Notes: generated by a model not told the origin, from the sequence alone. Numbered from the whole stretch's first letter, positions 11,919 to 25,497 are shown. The stretch is 63,976 nucleotides of DNA, filler included, from Octopus bimaculoides (GCF_001194135.2; 6 parts of 6 records of this genome joined end to end with filler, not necessarily neighbours in it); one strand, 5' to 3'. A program made the numbers and translations.

Positions 11919-12164
11919 GGGGATGGTCATTCATTTTTTTGCCAATTAAACACCCTCACTGTTTATTTGATCTAAGCTTTAGTTTTTATTCCCATTATAT
12001 TTAGTTTCTACGTCTGTCAAAGTTCTTTCGTCACACTTTCTCTGACGAAAGAACTTTGACGGACGTAGAAACTAAAAATAATGTGAATGAAAGCTAAAAC
12101 CTAATGTGAAGATCAAATAAATAGCGAAAGTGTTTAATTGGGGGCAAAAAATATGACCATCCCC
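11919..12164. mobile_element. ~245-bp fold-back (MITE-like) element
   Basis: Imperfect inverted arms bounded by GGGGATGGTCAT / ATGACCATCCCC. The central near-perfect hairpin is TAGTTTCTACGTCTGTCAAAGTTCTTTCGTCA-9 nt-TGACGAAAGAACTTTGACGGACGTAGAAACTA. Confidence 0.75.
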
Positions 12165-12359
12165 ATGTAATGTATGGCTGGCCGGGCCGGTAATGTATTT
12201 TTCTGCAATATATGGATAATTTATCCTGATCACACTATTTATTAACATTATTACGCATTTGAGAATAAAAAACAAAAATATTTCTGTATCTTTCAATACA
12301 TCTCAATGCTTCTAAAACAAACTTTGTTTACTTTCATCATAAGTGGAATTTATATACAT

Positions 12360-12399
<40 letters not shown>

Positions 12400-12684
12400 T
12401 ACACACACACACACAGCAAGTTATTTTCTCTGATATTTTAACCAATTCTAGGCAGTTTATGAAACAACTAGCAGTGGCTAATTCAGATTGTTATGGAACA
12501 ACCAATGTGACTTACCTATGCTCAGCTAGGAGTACAAGGAGATCCAGGTATTCAAAGAATACAATAACAATAATAATATCCTTTAGTGAAGTGGAATCAC
12601 TTACCTGGAAAAGAAGAAAAGAAATTTATACAGAAACCGTGACAATAACATTGAAATATAGAAACGGTGTGTGTGTGTGTGTTA

Positions 12685-12905
12685 GATGATCGTTTTAACA
12701 TCCAGTTTTCCATGCTGGTATGGGTCAGATAGAATTCATTAATGTAGATTTTCTATGGCTGGATGCCTTTCCTGTCACAAACCCGCACCTGTAAAATTTC
12801 TCCAAGGCCAGACATGTTTTCATGGAAGATTGGAAAGGAAGGACACCACTTGTATGACAGTGACATTCATTTACAACTATTGCAGGATATCAGGAACAAG
12901 GACAC
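12685..12905 (-). mobile_element. SINE-like element with RTE-type tail (related pieces at 22225-22320 + and 30130-30265 +)
   Basis: TTTAACATCC.GTTTTCCATGCTGG...GGCTGGATGCC tail. The body CCATGAAAACATGTCTG is shared with the 22.2-kb copy. Confidence 0.65.
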
Positions 12906-13069
12906 ACGCACTCACACACACACCAATATATACACAAGCAGAATTTAGGAATATAAGGGTGTATATCACATACCTTCTGTGTATGTCTACATACATATAT
13001 ACACACATATATATATATATATAAAACACATACACAAGTATATATACAAATACATACATACATACATGT

Positions 13070-13104
<35 letters not shown>

Positions 13105-13749
13105 CACATACATACATACACACATATATATACACATACATACATACATACACATACAAATGGATACATGCACAAATACACAGACACAATTATACTCACA
13201 AACACATATACCCAGATACACACACACACACATTCATTTATCAGAATTCTTCCATAGATTCTGACCAAATCTCCCAGACAACAATGGAATTGTAAAGTTG
13301 TGGAATTTTACAGAAAACTCTTCTTTTTCTATTTTTTTATTTTTATTTTTTTTTAGGTATTTCTGCAAAACCATTTATGAAAGAAAATTTAAACTATTCT
13401 GTTGTTCTTTGTATGAGAAAGTCAACTGATCTGTTTTCACCTGGTGTTACTTAATCCAGGTGACCTCTGATTACAGGTGTAACAAACTGAAGCTCAAATA
13501 ACTTGAATAATCTAGAAACCCTGGGCTAACCTAAATACTTCATTATCTGTTCATCTGTCCCATACATGTTCATGGGCCAACAAGGCCGTCTTTATGGCTG
13601 AAGTTACCAGGTTCAAACTACAAGAAATGATTTACCATATTTCCCAGGATTCCAAGGAACTAATTTTTGCTTTATTGGGGGGGGGGGAATGCGCATTCCA
13701 GCCGTGACCATCTCCTCTTTTTTTCATATTCAGTTATCTAGGACTACCA

Positions 13750-13943
13750 TTGACCATTTAGCATCTAAACAGACCATATCCGGCCCAAATATTCTACTTG
13801 TTTTGTGTTCTGAGCATCCAGATCCATCCTATCACACCTACCCTTCAATGCCACTGTAAAACCTACAATCACGTGATCAAAATTCCAAAGTTACAACATA
13901 CTGTGAAAGAAAAAGCAGGATGATCTGAATGCTAAAGGGTTAG
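13750..13943. mobile_element. piggyBac-like MITE
   Basis: Ends TTGACCATTTAGCAT...ATGCTAAAGGGTTAG (decayed TTAA-CCC termini). The left part (CCATATCCGGCCCAAATATT) matches 32311-32537. Confidence 0.55.
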
Positions 13944-14359
13944 AAAAACAAAAAGTGTTCTTCTCAATTTCAAAGGACGTTAGGCTGTGATTTGAGAAAG
14001 ATTTCGCTGCTCTTTCTAGCACAGCAACACTCTGCATTGTTATGTTATCAAAAATGCAGTTTCTTTGTTCTGAAGTCAGCCAACACAGAAGAAGTGAATG
14101 CAAAGGAGAGAAGTCTGGGTAAGAAGTGGTGGGAGCAGCAATGTTTATGTTGTAGACTCTGGCGCTGGATGCTGCTAAGATGAAGAATCAAAACTCAAAG
14201 AGCAGAAATGAAGAGAGGTAACGCCCCACCAGGGATTGCTTAGTCATAGAAATGGTAGCGGGAAGGAGCGGGGGTGGAAGAGTTAAGGGAAGTTGGGGTT
14301 AGTAAACAACAGGGACAGAGCGTTTACCACGGGGGAACAGATGAAAGAAACATCAAGGT

Positions 14360-14427
<68 letters not shown>

Positions 14428-15304
14428 TTATATATACACTTATATACATACTTGATATATATATATAGGTCTGAGTGTTTCAAATTACTCCAACAACAGA
14501 TAAATATCTGTATAAGCAGAAATATTAGAGAGAATACAGCTAAGTGTTTCATAATCATACATGCAAACGTGCGTTGGTGTGTGTGTAGAGATAGAATGAG
14601 ATATATATATATATACATAGACATACATCTTTGACATGTATGTGTGCGTATGATGCATGTGTGTAATGCAGATATGTTTATGCATAAATGTGTGTGTTGT
14701 GGTAAGGTACCCTTTCAGTGGAAAAGTCTAGGAGAAGGCCCTTCTGATAAAAAGGAAAACAACAACTCCAGTTGAAATAGTTTCTGGTCTTCATGTTCTT
14801 GTTTCTCACTGGATATTTAATAGGGATGTTTGCAGGGTGGTGTGTGTGTGACATATAAGCTGCTTGTCACAATAATCCAATGATGTAATCAGTGCATCTT
14901 GTATGTTTTGACTGAGCAATGAATAATGGAGATGGCTATCATCTAACAAGATGATAGCAATCACACCCACACACACACGTGTGTGTGTGTGTGTGTGTGT
15001 GTACAAACATACATGTGTGTGTGTGTGTTAACAGAATTGGTAACAAGGTAACAAGTGCTCAATACTAGATATAGAGTCCATTGATTTAATGGCATAAATT
15101 GAAAGATAGCCAACCTCATGGTTGCTGTTATATTATTATAATGGTATTGTTACACTATTAAATTAATGCTTCCCCACTGCCCCCCCCCACCACTCTTTCT
15201 CTCTCTCTCTCTCCCTTTCTCTCTCTCTCTCCCTTTCTCTCAGTATAGTGCATTTACTGTGGTGCACATGTGCATCGTACTTACATGCATACATATATGC
15301 ATAA

Positions 15305-15594
15305 TGATGATGATGATGATGATCATCGTTTAACATCCGTTTTCCATGCTGGCATGAGTTGGATGGTTTGACTGAAGTCTGGAGAGCCAATGGCTGTACC
15401 AGGGTCCAATCTGATCTGACAATGTTTCTACAGCTGGATGCCCTTCCTAACGCCAACCACTCAGAGTGTAGTGGGTGCTTTTTACGTGCCACTGGCACAG
15501 GAGCCAGTCGGGCGGGCCTGGCATCAATCATGTTCAGATATTGCTTTTTACGTGCCACAGGCACGGAAAACAGTCAGGGGGTACTGGCATCAGC

Positions 15595-15595
<1 letters not shown>
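15305..15595 (-). mobile_element. RTE-type 3' UTR/tail
   Basis: Reverse complement of the tail family, with two copies of the GCCAGT..ACTGGC..GTGC..GCACGTAAAA module. Confidence 0.85.
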
Positions 15596-15626
<31 letters not shown>

Positions 15627-15654
15627 CATAGAAAGAGAGAGAGATTTAAATAGT

Positions 15655-15880
15655 GAGGGTATGTGGTTAGGGGTGTTGAACTCCTGATCGTAGGATTGTT
15701 GTTTCAATTCCTGGATTGGGTGATGCATTGTGTTCTTGAAGGAAAAACTTCATTTCACATTACTCCAATCCACTCAGCTGCCAAAAGTGAGTAATCCTGT
15801 GAGGGTCTGGTGTCCCATCCAGGAGTGATGGAATATATATGCCACACAAATGAGTTCGTACGACACGGGAGGGATCGCTT
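15655..15880 (+). mobile_element. SINE family C, diverged
   Basis: Aligns to 2921-3135 (AAAACTTCATTTCAC.TT.CTC...CAGCTG.CAAAA.TGAGTAATC...GGAATATATATGCCA). Confidence 0.7.
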
Positions 15881-15888
15881 TACCCTAT

Positions 15889-15920
<32 letters not shown>

Positions 15921-16102
15921 GCATGTATGTAAACTTACATAAAAGTGCTGTAGAACTTAGAGAAACAATCTCATCCTCCAGTACCCCACCACACACCCCT
16001 TTCATCCTATACATTTCTAAATAAACTAATTTTTACCTCTCAAATCCCTGATGTATCATAATGCAACATAACTATTTGTCAGTAGGCATGCTTATACACA
16101 TT

Positions 16103-16141
<39 letters not shown>

Positions 16142-19100
16142 CACACACATACACATACACACCATGTTATATAGTTTCTTTAGATAGATAGATGATGTGT
16201 CCCATAAGTAATGCCAGCTTTTAGCATTAAATTAGTATTTATATGTTATCTTATTGCGAGACTCCTCACACACACATGTGTATGCATATCTGTGTGTGTG
16301 TTTATGCTTATATGAGTATATGGCTGCCCACATACCGCCATTGCTGAAACAGTTGACACCTCTCACTCGCAAAGCTTTCATCTCCAAATATCAAACAAAA
16401 AAAAGAATCAGCAAAAACACCAACTCTTTTATGGTTTACCCATATATGGTGTGTACCTGGCATTGCATAGACAAAAGGTGGTGATGGGTACTGAGAATAG
16501 AGGAGAGATCATTGGAATTAAATTCTAAGAAGACTTTGTCAGTTTTGGTAATCAAAACCTGATAGAGTCCCCGTTCAATGCTATGTAACACAATATTCTT
16601 CACAGCACATGATTATGCTATGTTCTATATTCATCCAGTTGTCACATTCTGACCAAATCCATTTCTGCCCACCTCTACTGCAACCACCACAACCATCACC
16701 TTTCAGTGGTGGTGGCCACCATCGTCACCCCACCCTGTCCTTATCTCTATGTGGTCACCAACTCACTTCTCAAATCATATTGTTGCAATGCAAACAGAAA
16801 AAGTGGAAGAAAACTGTTGTCATGGATACATGACAACAATATGGGATGGTCACGAATGGAACACTTTTGATTGACCTGGGGCTAAACACCACCACAACCA
16901 ACAACAAGAAAAATCATACAGAACTACACTGGACAGTGGTGTGAGCAACAGACTGTTACATGGTACCCCAGACAAGTGACCACTACCTGTTAGAATGCAC
17001 AGCGTCTACGTGGGTCCACACTGTATCCCTGACAAGTGACCACTACATGATGGAGTGGACAGTACTGAAAGAAATAAAACAAAATCATAACAATAACAAT
17101 AAAGACAAAGTAAGAACAAAGAGGGGCCAAATTAGGGAACAACTCTATACAACAGAATCGGTCATTGAACCACACCCACTGAAACTATAAAGTTTAGTAG
17201 ATGGCAGCAGCTCCTTCTCTACCCAAACCTTCCTCTGTAAGTGGTACTTAAAGAAATTGAGGGTGGGCAGAGGGCTTGGTCTGAGTGGGAAAGTTCTGTC
17301 CTCAAATCTTTTCAATGCATGTCTTTTACTGCAGCCAGCAGCAGAAAGAGGAAGATGACCCAGAATTCCATACAAAAGGAAGTGGTGAGTCAGCTGATAG
17401 CCATATCCCTCCCACACTTTGTAACATAACCCCACCCCCACCGACATCAGGAGGGTATTGACACTGACCGAGGACGGTTTGGTCATTGTGGCATGTATTG
17501 CTGATGTGTTTGGCTGCCATTAACTCCAGCAGGATAATAATGGAGTCTTAGATTCTAAAACAGTCATCTATGGCAATAATTAGGAGCTCAACAACAACAA
17601 CAACAAAAGGAACAATTAGAAATTGTTGGGGAGGGGACAGTGGCATCAGTCAGCTGTGAACACTAAATTAATTGTTTCATTGATAAACAATTTTTGTATG
17701 AATCTTTTAATCCTTTAATCTTTTAATCCTACTCAATAATTCAATAAAATTTCTATTATTCAAATTACGTTTATCTTCTTTTGTATTAAAGAAATCAAAT
17801 AATACATAAAAATACCCCCTCCCCCTNNNNNNNNNNATATTTGACAAAGATGAGCTAAACTGAAACTTCAAAGTCACTATCAACCTTTTCCTCATAAAAG
17901 TTTAATAAATATGCATACTTCTAAAAAGTATTGAGTAATATTTCAGTTTACTGTTAAATTCTTTCGATGCATTTTTCATATCCCAGGAGGGTCATTATAC
18001 CAATAAACACACACACTGGTACTATTTCACTTCTTTATCATTATCATCATTATTATAAGTCAACTGATTAATCATTTATCCAATTAACACATCAATTGTT
18101 TGATTAATCAGTGAGTCCATTAATCAAGTCAATCACCCGGGGTTTATCAAAGTCCTTTCGTCACCTTTCCCAAGTTCATCAATGGCATACCCTGTCTCTA
18201 CTCTAGGTTCATATAACTTTGCATAAAAACAATGCACACACACACATGCACATGCATGCACGTTTGGTGCAAAGTTGCATAACTGGCTCAAGGGCCAAGA
18301 CTTTCAAGCCAGAGCAGTTGTGAAATTCTCAGCCTTTGACTCACTAATGTAGCTTCTCGACAAAACTGTCCAACTTACAAATTGTATTTGCAAAACTGCA
18401 TATTAAGTGTGTGTGTGTGTGTGTTATGAAAGGGTGCAGATATGCATAAGTGCATATGCATGAGTATATATGCATATGCAGACAAAAATACATCCCTGAG
18501 TAGCCAGACAGTTACATAGCAATAAAGACAGATGAACTAAATATAGAAAGAGAGACAGAGCAAAGACGGATTAAAATAGGTACAGACTGACAGACGGATA
18601 TTAGATAAACAGCTACACACACACACACACATATACACACACGGACACCCATACACACACACACACACACACATATACAGATTAGATAAATGGATGTTGC
18701 AAGAATTAAAAGAAAAAATCATTTGAACTCCAGGAAGTAGACAACATTGTAGGTTAACAAAAAGTAAAGAAATATTTATGTATTTTTTGTTTTGTGTGTG
18801 TGTGTGCTGTTTCTCTGCTGCTGAGGTAGTGTACATGTATGTATGTATGCAGAAGCATACAGTGTCTGTCCATGTGTCTTTGATAATCATTTCTATGGAA
18901 TAAAAGAAGAAACAAACAAAGAACTAGAATCAGTCCAGCATCTGACATTCAGAGGAAATATTTAAACATTGATGCATTTACTTTATGTCATCACACATTT
19001 TATTACATGAATTGTGTGTGTGTATGACCCCTGTATTTCTTTATAAAAAGAGTGACGGATAAAACCCCACAAACTGCAACACAGTCCTCTTCTTGTAAAT

Positions 19101-19226
19101 ATCAAGGAAAGGGTCCTCTGGAACCCTTCTTCATACAATGAAGATTAAACCAAACGATGGAAGAGAAACAAATATTCAGTTTCAAACCAGTTACAGACAT
19201 AGTTCATACCATTTTTATAGTCAGAC

Positions 19227-19265
<39 letters not shown>

Positions 19266-19269
19266 CTTG

Positions 19270-19410
19270 GAAGGTTTGACAGGAACCAACAAGCTAGAGG
19301 GCTCAGCCAAGCTTTACTGTCTGCTTTCGCATGGTTTCAACCACTAGATGTCCTTCTTAACACTAACCACTCTAGAGTGGACTGGGTACTTTTCTCAGGG
19401 CACCAACTTG
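19270..19410 (-). mobile_element. Diverged RTE-type tail fragment
   Basis: CTAGATGTCCTTCTTAACACTAACCACTCTAGAGTGGACTGGGT matches 11515-11560. Confidence 0.55.
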
Positions 19411-19653
19411 ACTAAAGTCACCAAGTAATTCGCAATGGCAGGCCTCTTCAAAGCAAGCGAGAGTGATATTATTGTGGAAGGTGGCTTTGTGCCAGGTGTG
19501 AGAGTGGCACAGAAACAGGTGTCTTGTAGAGGAGATCCATGGCTACCCCAGATGGGAAAAACAAGAGAAGATGTTGAGGAAAATGTATCAAGGTGTATTC
19601 TCAAGTTACTGAGAGATGAATACAAGAGAAGTGGTACAGAAGTGGATGTATAA

Positions 19654-19870
19654 ATGAAGGGGGCTGAAAAGTTCCAGGCTTTGGGTAAAAGATAATACAG
19701 GAGGAGGATCTGTTATGATTTTATTCAACATATTCCCCTCTCAGATTCACACACTTATTGCAGCAGTCCTTCAGTTTTTCTAAGCCCTGTAAAAGATCTC
19801 GGAAGGTTGGGCCTTCAACCAGGCCTTTCATGAAACCCTTAAAGCCAGGAACTTTGTATCAGACAGACTG
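19654..19870 (-). mobile_element. Mariner-like transposon 3' end (transposase C-terminus and TIR)
   Basis: Minus strand translates, with decay, as ...QGLEKLKDCCNKCVNLRGEYVE* (stop at 19721-19723), the mariner C-terminal motif. TIR-like TGAAGGGGGCTGAAAAGTTCC lies at the left end. Confidence 0.7.
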
Positions 19871-20159
19871 GAACCGAAGAAGAGCATCAAGTGGCTCTGT
19901 GTTCTGTCTTCATTGACTTCAGAACTATTTTGAAATGACGCAACCTGGACGAAGGAGACAACAACAACAACAACAACCCAAGGATGTACAAAGTACTGAG
20001 GAACTATGCAACAATGTGTGTGTGTGTGTGTGTGTGTATAAATAGATGGATTTATTCCTAGAAACTCATTTATAAAATCTATTGTATTCAACGTCAAGTA
20101 CTTTCGTAATTGTGGACTAACAAGATTACCAGATCATAATCTTCTACACTTACACAGAT

Positions 20160-20219
<60 letters not shown>

Positions 20220-20349
20220 TCACATTGTATTGATATTTCAATGTTGTCTGTGCAGTGTATTATGAAACAACCACTATTCTCATCTGTATCGTCATCATCA
20301 CTATCAACATCATGAACATCATCATCACCAACATCACCATCATCATAAC

Positions 20350-20389
<40 letters not shown>

Positions 20390-22639
20390 CCTGAATCTTT
20401 TTCATCTCTCTCTGACTGCTTTCTTTAACATAATTGCTTTCTCATTCACTTCCGTTTTCTGGAACGCCACCGCCATCACCGCCACCGCCACCCACCAAAG
20501 CAACCACCTTCACCACAACTCTTACCATCACCGCCGTCCACCACCACCACCACCACCGCCACATTTAACAACAACAACAAAAACAAGGAAATTGAATCAA
20601 GCTTCAACAATTCTAATGAGATTCGTTAAGTTGAAACAGGGAGCAGTTACTATGGTGGTGATCCCTGATAATCTGCAGTGCAAGGTGGGGGGGGTGAGGA
20701 AAGGGAGAGGGGTTAACAAGGGATGGAGGGGGGTTCCCTCTACCCTCCCTTCCCCTCCATCCCTGCTTACATGTTGTGCAGGGGGTGGGGGGAAGAGGAT
20801 GAGGAGAACGAGGAAGGGGAAATAACATGTCGTCCCCCCCATCCCCACCTCAACCACTAACTGCACTGCACTTAATGTAGCTAATAAGACTGGGAGAGGG
20901 GATTAGTGGTGGTGGCAGTGGTGATGGAGTGCATATCTAGTGGTGATGGAGGGATGTGCATGTGTATCTGATGGTGTTGGTGATGTAGGAGTGCGCATCT
21001 AAGGGTGGTGGTGGTGGTGGAGTAGAGGTGGTTGGGACATCTTTGAATCGAGAATGATGGAGGGTCGAAGAACAGAACCAACAGAGAGAGACACATTAAA
21101 TCATGTACTCTGAGGTGCACTGTGTTCAAATAAAAAAAAGGGATGGCCACAAGTGGAATATCTATGGTCATAGACCAAGGTCATCATGTGGTTGGGAAGT
21201 AAATGTCTTGACCACAACAGCCTATGTAAACTTTTCGAGTGCACCCTTACACCAACAGCTATGTCTGAAGCTGCATACAAAAACACTTTGTTGTTCTTTG
21301 TCTCTCTCTTTCATTGACAATAGAATTCAGAACTGAAAACAGGAGGAAAATTCTTGTTTCTGCTGTTCTCTGCTGCAACATCAAACGGACCAAAATTTTA
21401 TCTGAACACAAACAAAAGCGGGACTCCTTCTCTTGGTAAATGTTTCTCTAAATGTGACATTTTAAACGGTAAATGTCTTCACCTTCCGACATGAACAATA
21501 CAACAAAGAGTTAACTGCCCTTCATGTGCCACCATAATATAGTTTAAATGTATCATCGTTTCTAAGAAAGAAGGGAGTGACAAAAACAGGTGAGCAAGAC
21601 GGCGTCATGTTCATATCACCATTTTGTCCAAACTAAAAATAGTTTAACCCTTAACCTCATGTTGCATTATAGTTTTTAATTTATGTTGTAAAATGTGTAG
21701 GGATTCACTCCTAACAACAGCTGGCATTTCTAGTTTCTTACCGCCTTTATAAGGACCAATGAGAGACTTTGGTTTCGACAGCCATTTTGCCAAAGTCAAG
21801 AAGATCTCTCTGTCACCAAACGCTTTCACTCATCAGTTCTTACAGCTTCTTTTATAATATTGGAAACAAAAAAGGAAAAAAAACATAACATGTAACTGAA
21901 TCAAACTTAAGCATGTTTTGTTACTTTCAACACCATGAGAGGAGAGTGTGTGTGGGTGTATGTGTGTGCGTGTTGGTATGTCGGTGGGTGGGTGTATCAG
22001 TGTGTGTGTGTGTGNNNNNNNNNNNNNNNNNNNNNNNNNNNNNNNNNNNNNNNNNNNNNNNNNNNNNNNNNNNNNNNNNNNNNNNNNNNNNNNNNNNNNN
22101 NNNNNNNNNNNNNNNNNNNNNNNNNNNNNNNNNNNNNNNNNNNNNNNNNNNNNNNNNNNNNNNNNGTGTGTGCGTGTTGGTATGTCGGTGGGTGGGTGTA
22201 TCAGTGTGTGTGTGTGTGTGTTCTTGATTTGACACTGCACGGTTGTAAACGAGCATCACCATCATACAAACAGTGTTTCCTGTTTTCCATGAAAACATGT
22301 CTGCTCACAGGGAAATGTTATAATGAGTGGATAAATAATTGGTTTAATTCAGGCTTGGAACTGTCTACAATGTATTACAGTTGATGCAACAAAAAATGTG
22401 GCACAGGAAAAGGTTTTGTTCTTTCACACGTTTCAGCCGTGAGGCTGTGGCCATGCTGGGGCACGGCCAGATGTATAAAACTTGTGATGGCAAAAGACAT
22501 GCAAAGCTTCTTATTGCAGAGGATGTATAAAGCTTGTGACAAGAGAGGATGTATAACCCTCATGATAGTAGAGGATGTATAAACCTAACTGAGTTCCATG
22601 GCCTCATTCAAAAGATGACATTTTACAGAAAATACCAGT

Positions 22640-22850
22640 TTCAAATTCTGGCACAAGGCCAGCAATTTCGCAGCGAGTGGATAAATTAATTACATCAATC
22701 CCAGTCTTCAACTGGAACTTATTTTATCGACCTCAAAAAGATGAAAAATAAAATTAACCAGGGCAAAATTTGAACTCAGGACGTAAAGATTGATAAAATG
22801 CTACTAAACATTCTGCCTGGTCTGCTAAGGATCCGACCAGTTTGCCACCA
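22640..22850 (-). mobile_element. SINE family E
   Basis: Reverse complement aligns with 23525-23735 (ACG..CTGAGTTCAAATT...GGTCGATAAA.TAAGT.CCAGTTG...GATGTAATTAA...GCCTTGTGCC). Confidence 0.65.
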
Positions 22851-23524
22851 TATGGAGACCAATCTACCAACAGTAGATTTTGTTCAATCATTGCATTCGG
22901 TTATCACCAGTTTTTAAAAATATTTTGGGGGAGAAAACTGGAGGAATGGCACAGTTTGTTCATAACACTCTGCTGTATGAAGGCACCATCGGGTCAAAGT
23001 TATTTTATAATCTCATAACTTTGGATGAGGTGTGGCCTTATTTGTTTCCACTGAGAAAAACTGCGTTCTGCCTCAACTTGAAAAGGGTGAATTATTATTA
23101 TTACTATTATTATTATTATTATTGAAATTGGCATTCTCAGCTGATTTAATGAGGAATGTTAATGAGTATAGGCTTAGATTACAGAGCAATTGTGGGTTTA
23201 TATGCGACATATAATAAAAGCTTTGGCATAAATTATTTTCACTCTCAGCTGATAGCAATTTCAACCATTTTCCTGGCTGCCAAAACTACAAGAAGTAAAT
23301 TTTCTGCTTCGGTTTCAAACCCACTCAAAGACATTCTCCAAGACTCCACAGCGACCGACTTAGCAGCAGTCTTACATCTCAATGAAAATTCAAAAACATT
23401 AAACAATTTTGGAAAACCTCTTTAATTTCCCTAATCTGACAGTGACTTCAAAGTTTTGCCAATACTTAGGAAGACAGTATCAGTGAAACTTTAAACAACA
23501 ATTATTATTATTATTATTATTATT

Positions 23525-23735
23525 ATGGTGGTGAGCTGGCAGAATCATTAGCACGCTGGACAAAATGCTTAGCGGTATTTCACCCATCGCTACGTTCTGA
23601 GTTCAAATTCCACCAAGGTCGACTTTGCTTTTCATCCTTTCAGGGTCAATAAATTAAGTACCGGTTGTGTAGTGGGGTTGATGTAATTAACTATCCCCTC
23701 CCCCAAAATTTCAGGCCTTGTGCCTATGGTAGAAA
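23525..23735 (+). mobile_element. SINE family E
   Basis: tRNA-like head GGTGAGCTGGCAGAATCATTAGCACGCTGG, B-box-like GAGTTCAAATTCC, and 3' GGCCTTGTGCCTATGGTAGAAAGG followed by an ATC/ATT tail. Confidence 0.75.
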
Positions 23736-25497
23736 GGATCATCATCATCATCATCATTATTATTATCATTATTAGAGGTGGTGAGACAATGGTATCAATT
23801 AATCCCCTCCCCTCAAAATTTGTTCACCTTGTGCCTAGATTAGAGACCATTGCTGTTGTTGTAGGCACACAACATACAGAGAAAATGGGAGAAATAGACT
23901 ACATAAGACCCTATGTGTGTGTGCCATAGAAGTGGGTTTGCTTCTGCTAGAAGTATGAGAGAGTTGTTATGAGGGTGCCAGAGAGTTTTGTGCAAATGTA
24001 GGCACGTAGGCGTAGGCGTACACAGATGTTTTGACTAAAGTGTCTACCTCACCATCATCATCATCACCACCATCATCAATGGCTACATGACCATCACATT
24101 CAGTAAAAACTGTCACCAACATCATCCCCTCCACCACCACCACCACCTGTTTCACAGACAAGTTTGCTGACGGAGCAGTTATCCAGGAGGCAAAAATATA
24201 AGGTGTGAGTCATAACTTGGTGAAGATGGCGGTGGTGGTGTTGATGGTTTCAAGATGGTTGTTGCAGTATAACCCCAGGTCAACCCTCATCAAGCAGATG
24301 AGGGTCCGTCCATGACCATCCCTTCATTTCCCTACATACAGGGGACTCAGAACCACATTACTGCCAACATACAATTGGAATGGTGTAGTGTGGATATATC
24401 TGAGGGAGATTTGGCTGCTACTTCTAGCAAGTCGAGGTGGTAGTAATGGTAGTGGTGGTGCAGTGATGATTTAGGTGGTAGTGTTGAGGAACACACCACT
24501 ACATACTACCACCTCTTCTTGGAAAAGCCTCTACATGGACTGTTGACCCATGGTGTGCTAGAAATAACAGCCAAATCACCTTCAAATCAATGCAACATCT
24601 TATGTTAAGCACACACTGGGTAATGCTGTACTGGACACACTGTTTGGAATAAGACAGGGTGGTCACGGATGGAGCGGCTTTGATCTTCAATCAGTTAGAT
24701 TAACAGGAACCACTGGTTGTGTGCAAAAAGAAAACAGTTCAATGAGTTATATTTGTAATTAGAAAGTTAATCGATATTTTGGAGCACACTGAGGGACATT
24801 GATTAAAGTAGGGAGGGGGAGAAGGAAGGTAATGATTGGATGAGAGAGAGGGGGGAGGGAGAATGGGAAGTAGAGAGAGAGATATATAGAGAAAGAAGGA
24901 GAGAGGGCTATGAGTGAGAGAGAGAGAGAAGAAGAGGAGAGACAGAAAAGGAAGCAGAGAGAGAGAGGGGCAAGGTATCAGTGTCCCCCTCCCAGGGTTG
25001 TGGGGTAACAAATATAGGCCACTAACTGGGTGTGTCAATAAATATTTCATTGTTTTTGTGGGTGGTGGGCTTCTTTGGAAAGGATAGTCTTTATTATTTT
25101 GCTTAATTTTTAATGCTAATTGTTTTCCTTTTTTTTAAAAAATATTTCTTTTCCTTTTTTGTTGTTTTATTTTCTTTAATAATTTTGTCCAATTTATTCT
25201 TGGAAACTGAAACTCAACAAAAAATCTGGAGAAAGTTAAAAAAAAAAAAAGTTAAAAATAAAAAGAAATTAACAAAAAAAAAAACAAGAAGCAGGTTAAT
25301 GATTAAATGGAGGTGGTTGTTGTTGTTTAACGGGGAAATAAACAGATTGTCTGGCACCAACCGGGTGGATGGCAGGGGTGGCTTTAGTTTTGCGTTTTGC
25401 ATCTCTTTATTTCTAAACTTAACAGACACCCACATGTCAGTATGTGTGTGTTTGTGTGTATATGATGGGTATGTATGTTTATATGTATATATATGTA

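Noticed and set aside
12040-12075. CTGACGA...GAAAC in the fold-back as a hammerhead
   Set aside because: The 19 nt between the core halves cannot form stem II, and there is no stem III/UH/stem I arrangement.
12877-13268. YI/HT/CV-rich ORFs here and throughout the window
   Set aside because: Translations of TA/CA microsatellites.
20686-20800. G-rich tracts as G-quadruplexes
   Set aside because: Low-complexity sequence common in this genome type, with nothing linking it to a function.
22880-23090. LITLDEVWPYLFP as a mariner IVTGDETW motif
   Set aside because: A single weak motif with no flanking transposase motifs or TIR.
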